Shown here in pieces: positions 45,649-52,792 of a stretch of 64,000 bases of DNA. This DNA comes from Clostridia bacterium (GTDB lineage: Bacteria; Bacillota; Clostridia; Oscillospirales; CAG-272), in assembly GCA_017399145.1 (NCBI GenBank), contig JAFQEG010000041.1, positions 3,323 to 67,322 on the forward strand, read 5' to 3'. Each line of letters begins with the position of its first letter. Within the stretch, counting starts at the first letter, position 1. The notes below the pieces were generated by a model. It saw only the letters and a program-made list of their open reading frames with translations. It ran no database searches and was not told where the DNA came from. Both the position numbers and the translations under genes were made by a program.

Positions 45649-47502
45649 ATGAAGAAATCAGTAAGACTCGTATGTGGCTCTAGCTCCGCATCAAAAAATC
45701 ATGTAACAGTACCTGTTTCCGTAAATGGAAAGAAGGTAGAATTCACCAACGAGGAGCTTGAAAAGCTTCTCAAGGTGAACCAACAAGCACCGGTTGAGGA
45801 ACCAATTGTTGAGGAAACTCCAGTAGTTGACGAAGCGCCAGCTGAGGAAGAACCAATTATTGAGGAAATTCCAGTAGTTGACGAAGCACCAGCTGAGGAA
45901 GAGCCAATTATCGAGGAAATTCCAGAAGTTGACGAATCACCAGCTGAGGAAGAGCCAGTTATTGAGGAAATTCCAGTAGTTGACGAAGCACCAGCTGAGG
46001 AAGAACCAGTTATCGAGGAGATTCCAGTAGTTGACGAAGTCCCAGCCGAGGAAGAACCGGTTGTTGAGGAAATTCCAGTAGTTGACGAAGCACCAGTTGA
46101 GGAAGAGCCAGTTATCGAGGAAATTCCAGCAGTTGACGAAGCACCAGCTGAGGAAGAGCCAATTATCGAGGAAATTCCAGAAGTTGACGAAGCACCAGCT
46201 GAGGAAGAGCCAGTTATCGAGGAAATTCCAGTAGTTGACGAAGCACCAGCTGAGGAAGAACCAATTATCGAGGAAATTCCAGTAGCTGACGAAGTACCAG
46301 CTGAGGAAGAGCCAGTTATCGAGGAAATTCCAGTAGTTGACGAAGCACCAGCTGAGGAAGAACCAATTGTCGAGGAAACTCCAGTAGTTGACGAAGTACC
46401 AGCTGAGGAAGAACCAATTGTTGAGGAAACTCCAGTAGTTGACGAAGTTCAATCCGAGGAAGAGCCAGTTGTTGAGGAAAATCCAATAGCTGTCGAGGAA
46501 CCAATTGCTGCACCGGTAGTAGCTGAAGAAACGCCAATGGTTGAAAAGGAGCCAGTTGTTCATCCAAAGAAAAAGCAAAAGAGAGGGCTTTCACTAACTA
46601 CTAAGAGGTCGCTTTCAGGTTGGCTATTCGTTTTACCATTCGTTATTGGTATTTTGTTCATTTACGCACCAATCGTATTCGATTCTGTAAGATTCACATT
46701 TATGGACAGTACGTCCTTGTATAGTGGCTCAGGACTTGAATTTGTAGGTTGGGAAAACTACAATTACATTTTCAACAAGGACCCATGGTTCTCAATCACG
46801 ATCGTTGACGGTCTTAAGGATTTGATACTTCAAATTCCTGCAATTGTAATATTCGCTCTCTTTATGGCTATTATTCTTAACCAAAAGATGAGAGGAAGAA
46901 CTGTATTCCGTGCAATCTTCTTCCTACCTGTTATTCTTTGTACAGGTATCATTGATACAATTGATACAAACTCTGCATTTATGAGCCAAGTTGAAAACTC
47001 TCAAGGTGGCATTGACGACAACACAGGTGCAGAATCAGAGGGAATTATGTCAGCCCTAGACATTGAAATGCTTCTATCTAATATCAAAATGGGTAGTGAG
47101 CTAGTTGACATTGTAACAACACTTATTAACAATATCTTTGATATCGTAAGCCGTTCAGGTGTACAAATGCTTATCTTCCTATCAGGCTTGCAATCTATCT
47201 CACCAGCGATTTATGAATCCTGTCAGGTAGAGGGCGCAACCGCTTGGGAAACCTTCTGGAAGATAACACTTCCAATGATAAGCCCAATGATTCTTGTAAA
47301 CGCAGTTTACACAGTAATCGACTTGTTTACAGCTGCAGATAACCGTGTAATGTCCTACATATTCGGTAGCCAAATTTATGGTAAGAGTATGTTTGCAGAG
47401 GCAGGCGCAATGGCTTGGGTATACATAGGTATCGTACTTGTATTTATTGTACTGGTAGCAATATTACTAAAATCGGTAGTATTCTATCAGAGAAGAGACT
47501 AA
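45649..47502 (+). CDS. Carbohydrate ABC transporter permease, MalF-type (pair 2), with a ~300-aa N-terminal extension containing 17-aa acidic tandem repeats
   Basis: The permease core starts after KKKQKRGLSLTTKRSLSGWLFVLPF. EAA loop ESCQVEGATAWETFWKITLPMISP. The N-terminal region is (EEPVIEEIPVVDEAPAE)n. Confidence 0.85.
   Translation: MKKSVRLVCGSSSASKNHVTVPVSVNGKKVEFTNEELEKLLKVNQQAPVEEPIVEETPVVDEAPAEEEPIIEEIPVVDEAPAEEEPIIEEIPEVDESPAEEEPVIEEIPVVDEAPAEEEPVIEEIPVVDEVPAEEEPVVEEIPVVDEAPVEEEPVIEEIPAVDEAPAEEEPIIEEIPEVDEAPAEEEPVIEEIPVVDEAPAEEEPIIEEIPVADEVPAEEEPVIEEIPVVDEAPAEEEPIVEETPVVDEVPAEEEPIVEETPVVDEVQSEEEPVVEENPIAVEEPIAAPVVAEETPMVEKEPVVHPKKKQKRGLSLTTKRSLSGWLFVLPFVIGILFIYAPIVFDSVRFTFMDSTSLYSGSGLEFVGWENYNYIFNKDPWFSITIVDGLKDLILQIPAIVIFALFMAIILNQKMRGRTVFRAIFFLPVILCTGIIDTIDTNSAFMSQVENSQGGIDDNTGAESEGIMSALDIEMLLSNIKMGSELVDIVTTLINNIFDIVSRSGVQMLIFLSGLQSISPAIYESCQVEGATAWETFWKITLPMISPMILVNAVYTVIDLFTAADNRVMSYIFGSQIYGKSMFAEAGAMAWVYIGIVLVFIVLVAILLKSVVFYQRRD
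45796..46509 (+). repeat. In-frame 51-bp tandem repeat: 13 near-perfect copies plus 1 degenerate copy
   Basis: Units start at 45796 and every 51 nt up to 46458. Consensus is GAGGAAGAGCCAGTTATCGAGGAAATTCCAGTAGTTGACGAAGCACCAGCT. A degenerate 14th unit runs to about 46509. Confidence 0.95.
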
Positions 47503-47514
47503 GGAGGGGTAGAA

Positions 47515-48555
47515 ATGGAAACTGTTAAGGTTAAAAGAGAAACCAAAAACAAAATCCGTGTAGATTTTGAAAGAGCCCCACTTGGCGAAAGATTGAAGGC
47601 AAAGTTTTTGTCAATGCACTTCTTAAAGAATGTAGTATTCGTTATATTTAGATTTGTTCTATTGCTTGGCGTATCCTACGTAATTCTTTATCCATACATT
47701 ACAAAGATTTTCGGTTCATTTATGAACCCAGCAGACTTTGAGGACGTAACAGTTGTACTTCTTTCAAAGTCACCAAACATTCATCAGTATCAAGCAATCA
47801 TTTCGGAAAACGGATATCTAATGGCACTGTTAAATACGTTTTTAGTATCCATTTCCGTAGCACTATTGCAGACACTTGTATGCGCCCTTGTAGCTTATGG
47901 CCTTGCAAAGTTCAAGTTTAAGGGAAACAACATTGTTTTCTTCCTTGTTATCTTTACAATGATGGTACCACAAGAGGCAATCAAGTTTGCAATGCAACAC
48001 TTCTTTAACTATTTTGGCTCAAACAACCTATTTGGTATGCTACTAAGCTCCATGGGAATAATAGAGTACGGCTTTATTGATACAATATTCCCACTCTATA
48101 TGCTATCTCTATTTGGACTTGGCTTTAAAAATGGCTTGTTTATCTTCATGCTAAGACAGTTCTTTAGAGGCGTACCTGATGAGCTTGAGGAGTCAGCATA
48201 CGTTGACGGCTCCAACACCTTTAGAACCTTCTTTAGTATTATTATTCCACTTGCAATTCCAATGCTAATCACAGTATTTATATTCGCATTTGCATGGCAA
48301 TGGACAGACGACTTCTATTCATCTATATTCTTCTCAAAGGGATACTTCGAAAAAGAGGGCGCAATGCAATTTATGAGTAGTGTAGCGACTAAGATACCAC
48401 CTTCATTGAAGGCGCAGGCTGAATCAATAACGCTTTACGGCTCTGCAATTACAGGCACCTCATCAATTCTCGTGGCATTGCCATTGATTATTGCATACGT
48501 ATTCCTACAGAATAAGATTGTTCAAGGTATCGAGCGTAGTGGTATTGTAGGTTAA
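47515..48555 (+). CDS. Carbohydrate ABC transporter permease, MalG-type (pair 2)
   Basis: EAA loop ESAYVDGSNTFRTFFSIIIPLAIP. Six TM helices with a long loop after TM1. Confidence 0.85.
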   Translation: METVKVKRETKNKIRVDFERAPLGERLKAKFLSMHFLKNVVFVIFRFVLLLGVSYVILYPYITKIFGSFMNPADFEDVTVVLLSKSPNIHQYQAIISENGYLMALLNTFLVSISVALLQTLVCALVAYGLAKFKFKGNNIVFFLVIFTMMVPQEAIKFAMQHFFNYFGSNNLFGMLLSSMGIIEYGFIDTIFPLYMLSLFGLGFKNGLFIFMLRQFFRGVPDELEESAYVDGSNTFRTFFSIIIPLAIPMLITVFIFAFAWQWTDDFYSSIFFSKGYFEKEGAMQFMSSVATKIPPSLKAQAESITLYGSAITGTSSILVALPLIIAYVFLQNKIVQGIERSGIVG

Positions 48556-48640
48556 TTTTTACAAACTTGCTGGGCAAAAGCCCAGTGAGTTTGATAAAAG
48601 TCACAATATTTGCAAAAATCAAAAAAAATTCCAAAAAGTG

Positions 48641-48669
48641 TTGACAAACACTACATATTGTGATAAAAT
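48641..48669 (+). promoter_or_regulatory. Sigma-A type promoter with extended -10, upstream of the small ORF
   Basis: TTGACA (48641-48646), 17-nt spacer, TGaTAAAAT (-10 at 48664-48669). Confidence 0.6.
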
Positions 48670-48728
48670 ACTTACAGTAATATCTATGCAATTATATTAT
48701 TTAGCTTGGCACAAGGAGGGTATTTGAT

Positions 48729-48899
48729 ATGAAATACGTATCACCTAAATATGAATACGAAGTACTTAATACTGAAGATATAATGTTTATTTCTCTAGGA
48801 AATGGAATCTTGGGAACATTAATCCCAGGTGGAGCTGACGAAGATGACAACACAAACGACGTTAGCGTAGAGGTTGATGTAGGTAACCTACTTCCATAA
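48729..48899 (+). CDS. Small acidic protein (56 aa), not in the ORF track; paralog of 3130-3297
   Basis: AAGGAGGG RBS, ATG at 48729, TAA at 48897-48899. Translation: MKYVSPKYEYEVLNTEDIMFISLGNGILGTLIPGGADEDDNTNDVSVEVDVGNLLP. It has its own promoter and terminator. Confidence 0.65.
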   Translation: MKYVSPKYEYEVLNTEDIMFISLGNGILGTLIPGGADEDDNTNDVSVEVDVGNLLP

Positions 48900-48918
48900 C
48901 TTAATTAAGGCGATAAAG

Positions 48919-48949
48919 AAATCCGCACGTTTTTTGTGCGGATTTTTTT
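48919..48949 (+). terminator. Rho-independent terminator
   Basis: AAATCCGCAC-gtttttt-GTGCGGATTT hairpin followed by a T-run. Confidence 0.85.
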
Positions 48950-48998
48950 GTTGTCATTTTTTACAAATTATACCTGCATATTTTGGGATTTATGTCAA

Positions 48999-49027
48999 TT
49001 GACTTGTTTTATAATATATGGTAAAAT
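48999..49027 (+). promoter_or_regulatory. Sigma-A type promoter with extended -10
   Basis: TTGACT (48999-49004), 17-nt spacer, TGgTAAAAT (-10 at 49022-49027). Confidence 0.6.
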
Positions 49028-49062
49028 TATAATGATAAAATAGTATCAAAAAGGAGAAAACT

Positions 49063-52000
49063 ATGAAAAATAAGTTTTTAACACTAGTCTTTATCCTTGC
49101 ATTTGTTATAGTAATGGCATTTTCAGTAACAGCTGCAACAACCGTTACACCAAGTGCCGAGGACCTAGGCGACTGTGTAATTAATGGAGAGGTTGTCAAC
49201 GGAGATGGCTTACTTGTAACTCAGGGTATGTCCTACACCGTCCTTGACGAGGAATCAAAAACAGTTGCACTTTCCTCACGTGGTAGTGCTGATTCCTTTA
49301 CAGGTGCAGTAGTAATTCCTTCAACAATCAAAATAAATGGAGAGGACTATTCCGTTACAAAAACAAACCCTTATGTTTTTAAGGGTACAAGCATCACAAA
49401 AATTTACGTTCCTGATACAGTAGAAACAATCGCAGGCGATAGCGGACAAGATAACGGTACCTTTGCAAACTGCCATTATATTAGCGAGGTATATATTGGC
49501 ACAGGAATTAAGGTGCTTGGTCGTTTTGCCTTTACAAGCATTGGTAAATACTCACCTGTTAAGGTATTCTACGTAGCAGGTAGAGTACAAGAGTTAGGAG
49601 ACTATGCATTCAATGCAGCAAACTTTGCAGATGATTGCCAAATCACCTTTGACTCCACCGATATGAGAAAAATCGGTATAAGTGTATTTGAAAATGGCTC
49701 GAAATCCTTGAAGAAAATCGACTCACACGTACTTGAATCAATCGGCGAAAGAGGCTTTGCATCAAGTAAGAGCCTTGAATACGTTTTGATTCCTGAATAC
49801 TGTAAGGTTGGTCTGTATGCCTTTAATGGTACAGACAATCTTCAAACTGCAATTATCCTTTGTGCAGATGACGAGATTAAGGAAATTCCGAAGGAAATGT
49901 TTAGCTCGGGAACAGATGGCTACAAGACCAATATATATATTAAAGGTAGAGTAATAGCTACCGAGTGGGCAGTTTTGCCAGGCAGAGCCTTTAATATCTA
50001 TATGGACTCTTATGAAAATGCAAGATATTTTGCAGATTCAATTATGAAATACCAGCACAACAGAATAGCAAACGGCACGTGGTACTTCTGCACACCATAC
50101 AACGGATACTATTGCTTCTCTGCAAATAGTAGCTTTAGCTTGACGCCTAAAACAGACGTAACGGAAGCACCTCACACGGCTATTTATAACAAAGGTGTTG
50201 AAACAAAGGCAACCTGTAACCAATACGCAGGTGTAGGCGATATTTGTGAGGTATGTGGCGCATACTTTAACGTAACTCAAACAGGTAACGAGTACGACGA
50301 AAATGCACACAACTACGTACTAAAATCCCACACAGAACCTCAATGCACTGTAACAGGCTTGGATGTTTACGAATGTACCTACTGTAAGGATACAAAGGAT
50401 GAAGAAATCCCTGCTTTAGGCCACGACTATGCTCAAACGGTAATCGCACCAACCTGTTCGTTAATAGGCTATACAAACAACGTTTGTAAGCGTTGTGAAT
50501 ACTCAATAATCACAGATAAAATCGAAAAAACACCTCACAGCTACGTAGGAAATAGCTTTGTACTTGACGGCATTAATATTTCTTACAAAACAACCTGTGA
50601 GTATTGTGACTCAATAGGTGAGGCTGTAAATACAACACTTGTAAACAAGTGCTATATTGAGGGCTACGGTATTTTTGACGCAACGCTTGAATATCTTTAT
50701 GTTTCAGAGGATGGCACAGCTACCCCGTTAGGCACAACCTTTGACAACGCAGTAATTTACTTCCCATCCTATGTTGAAATAGGTGGCAATGTAGTAGAGG
50801 TAAAGACAATTCAAGGCTTTACAGGCTTATCAATCAAGGGCGTATACATTCCAGACACAGTTACAAGAATTGTAGGTGGCTCAAATGGTACAGGATGCTT
50901 CCAAAATGCTTATGACCTTAAGAATATAGTTGTTGGTAAGGGCATTACCGAGCTTGAAGCATACGCATTCTGTATGTATGGCACAAGCATAAATGTTGAT
51001 GAATTTATCTTTACTAACACAATCCAAAGACTTGGCTCACGTTCCTTGGCACGTATAAACGCATCATCAAGCGATATTCCTTATCAGTTTAATACACGTT
51101 TAACCTATGTAGGCGCTTATGTTTCTGTTTACGACAGAACTGGTGGCAACATTTTAAGAGAGGTTTATATTACAAACGATTGTGATTTAACTGAAAAATT
51201 TGCTTTTAATGGTTCTAATGGCTTAAAGCGTGCTTACATTGAGGGTGGCGAAACAGAAGCTACTGCAAAGGAGCTAACTCAAGAAATGTTTAGTGGCGAT
51301 GCAAAGGACCTGGAAATCTTAATAAGAGGCTACGTAAAAGCAACAGGTCAAGCAGTATTGCCAACTGCTGGTGCACGATTATTCTTCAAAACTATTGACC
51401 AAGCACAGGTGTTTGCAGCAAGTGCAAGAGCACAGTACTATTATGAAAGAGCCTCAAACTCCGCTTGGTATATATGTGAAAGCACTGAAACTGATAGATA
51501 CCTACTTGACAATTTCACAACTACGGCTAGCGAAATTACATTCAAGATACAATCAGGCTATAAACGTTACGAGGCTGGTTTAGAGGTATCAACAGAAAGC
51601 ACCTGTACACAAGGTGGCACAGTTTCTTCATCTTGCTTTTTGTGTGGTAAGGTGCTAGAAAATACAGTTTCAGACCCACTACCACATAGATACGATGGTG
51701 GTGTGTTCGAGGTAACACCAATCTGTTGCGTTACAGGCTCAGTAAAATATACCTGCCTTGATTGTGGCGATGAAATTTTTGTTGCAACAGGACTTGACCT
51801 AAGTGCACATAATCTCGATACCGAAAATGGCGCAGTAATCGTAGATATTACGTACGCAAACGGCTTCCTTGCAAATGGTACGCAAATCGTTTGCTGTGGC
51901 ACATGCTTCGAAAACGTTGAGGGAGAGACAGTTGCACCAATCTTTGTAAACCTTGGCTATACCTATTCAGAAACAGGCTCAGGCGCAATTATGCAGGGCT

Positions 52001-52365
52001 TTGCAATTGATAATAAGGCACTTAACCTTTACCAAAAGGTGACAGGCAAGACAATGGGCTACGGACTAGTTGTAGCAGTTAAAAATGTAGTAAATACAAC
52101 AAGCCTAGTTGACGCAAACGAAAACCCAACAACCGATAAAATCGGTGTAGTTTCCTTCACAGGCAAAACCTACGACGTATTTGAGATGAAGCTTCAGGGC
52201 TTAAAGGAAAGCTATGGAGACCTAGAGGTTTATTGCTGTGCATACTACGTTTTAGATGGTAACGTTTACTATATCGACAACGGCGTAGCAGGACGACAAG
52301 CCCCCGTCGCCGTAACCTATAATAAAGTTGTTGCCCTAACCGAAAACAAAACACCCCTAGAATAA
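49063..52365 (+). CDS. Secreted BspA-type LRR surface protein (1100 aa) with Cys4 modules; paralog of 1211-3115
   Basis: Signal peptide FLTLVFILAFVIVMAFSVTAA. LRR_5-like repeats (VPDTVETIAGDS..FANCHYISEVYIG, IPDTVTRIVGG..FQNAYDLKNIVVG). Cys modules such as PQCTVTGLDVYECTYCKDTKDEEIPALGH. The C-terminal 143 aa are homologous to the other LRR protein. Confidence 0.75.
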   Translation: MKNKFLTLVFILAFVIVMAFSVTAATTVTPSAEDLGDCVINGEVVNGDGLLVTQGMSYTVLDEESKTVALSSRGSADSFTGAVVIPSTIKINGEDYSVTKTNPYVFKGTSITKIYVPDTVETIAGDSGQDNGTFANCHYISEVYIGTGIKVLGRFAFTSIGKYSPVKVFYVAGRVQELGDYAFNAANFADDCQITFDSTDMRKIGISVFENGSKSLKKIDSHVLESIGERGFASSKSLEYVLIPEYCKVGLYAFNGTDNLQTAIILCADDEIKEIPKEMFSSGTDGYKTNIYIKGRVIATEWAVLPGRAFNIYMDSYENARYFADSIMKYQHNRIANGTWYFCTPYNGYYCFSANSSFSLTPKTDVTEAPHTAIYNKGVETKATCNQYAGVGDICEVCGAYFNVTQTGNEYDENAHNYVLKSHTEPQCTVTGLDVYECTYCKDTKDEEIPALGHDYAQTVIAPTCSLIGYTNNVCKRCEYSIITDKIEKTPHSYVGNSFVLDGINISYKTTCEYCDSIGEAVNTTLVNKCYIEGYGIFDATLEYLYVSEDGTATPLGTTFDNAVIYFPSYVEIGGNVVEVKTIQGFTGLSIKGVYIPDTVTRIVGGSNGTGCFQNAYDLKNIVVGKGITELEAYAFCMYGTSINVDEFIFTNTIQRLGSRSLARINASSSDIPYQFNTRLTYVGAYVSVYDRTGGNILREVYITNDCDLTEKFAFNGSNGLKRAYIEGGETEATAKELTQEMFSGDAKDLEILIRGYVKATGQAVLPTAGARLFFKTIDQAQVFAASARAQYYYERASNSAWYICESTETDRYLLDNFTTTASEITFKIQSGYKRYEAGLEVSTESTCTQGGTVSSSCFLCGKVLENTVSDPLPHRYDGGVFEVTPICCVTGSVKYTCLDCGDEIFVATGLDLSAHNLDTENGAVIVDITYANGFLANGTQIVCCGTCFENVEGETVAPIFVNLGYTYSETGSGAIMQGFAIDNKALNLYQKVTGKTMGYGLVVAVKNVVNTTSLVDANENPTTDKIGVVSFTGKTYDVFEMKLQGLKESYGDLEVYCCAYYVLDGNVYYIDNGVAGRQAPVAVTYNKVVALTENKTPLE

Positions 52366-52373
52366 ACCAAAAA

Positions 52374-52413
52374 AGAGTAAACGCAAAAGCGTTTACTCTT
52401 TTTCGTTCTATGT
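52374..52413. repeat. Terminator-containing repeat, copy 1 (divergent)
   Basis: AGAGTAAACGC-aaaa-GCGTTTACTCT hairpin followed by TTTTCGTTCTATGT. Confidence 0.75.
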
Positions 52414-52496
52414 CTGCCAATCACGAGCACAAACGCCACCTTGAGGCGGGAGAGTGGGCAGAGAAATCATTATAGACAACAAATGTGCGATAAAAT

Positions 52497-52547
52497 AAAA
52501 GCAAGGGCAATTTACCCCTGCTTTTCGTTCTATGTGCTAAATTACTC
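52497..52547. repeat. Terminator-containing repeat, copy 2
   Basis: Imperfect hairpin GCAAGGG...CCCCTGC, then TTTTCGTTCTATGTGCTAAATTACTC. Positions 52516-52547 are identical to 52761-52792 (32 nt). Confidence 0.85.
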
Positions 52548-52741
52548 ACGCACAAACCAACCCTTGAGGAGTAAGGAGTGCAGAGAAAAGGTGAACGCGT
52601 ACACGTCGGCGTACTTTGTACGACAGAGTAGCGGTCGCCTTTAGAAAAGCAGATAAAAAGGATTTTTCTAAGAAAAACTAAGAGAATTGATAAACAAAAT
52701 TAAGAAAAATCCTACCTTGTAGACAACTCGCTTGGAAACAA

Positions 52742-52792
52742 AAAAAGCAAGGAATAAATTCCCTGCTTTTCGTTCTATGTGCTAAATTACTC
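52742..52792. repeat. Terminator-containing repeat, copy 3 (functional asd terminator; its last 6 nt are the final asd codon and stop)
   Basis: AGCAAGGAAT-aaa-ATTCCCTGCT hairpin flanked by A and T runs, then the same 26-nt tail as copy 2. Confidence 0.85.

Noticed and set aside
45796-46509. Regular 51-bp periodicity that could be mistaken for a CRISPR array or a satellite.
   Set aside because: The repeats have no unique spacers between them. The array is in frame with, and internal to, a CDS, and no cas genes are present.
45937-46594. Two long minus-strand ORFs (213 aa and 92 aa) rich in W/F/L/N, lying opposite the permease N-terminus.
   Set aside because: They lie entirely inside the 51-bp tandem repeat. 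A stop-free periodic sequence stays open in several frames. They have no RBS, and the sense frame continues into a bona fide permease.
48570-48590. The hairpin CTGGGC-aaaa-GCCCAG after the last permease gene, considered as the operon terminator.
   Set aside because: It has only a 6-bp stem and a poor T-run (TGAGTTTG). It may attenuate read-through, but it is not strong enough to annotate confidently.
52441-52644. Listed 67-aa plus-strand ORF (TTG start) in the LRR/asd intergenic region.
   Set aside because: It spans repeat copy 2 and its hairpin, has no RBS and has Arg/Cys/Ser-rich junk-like composition.
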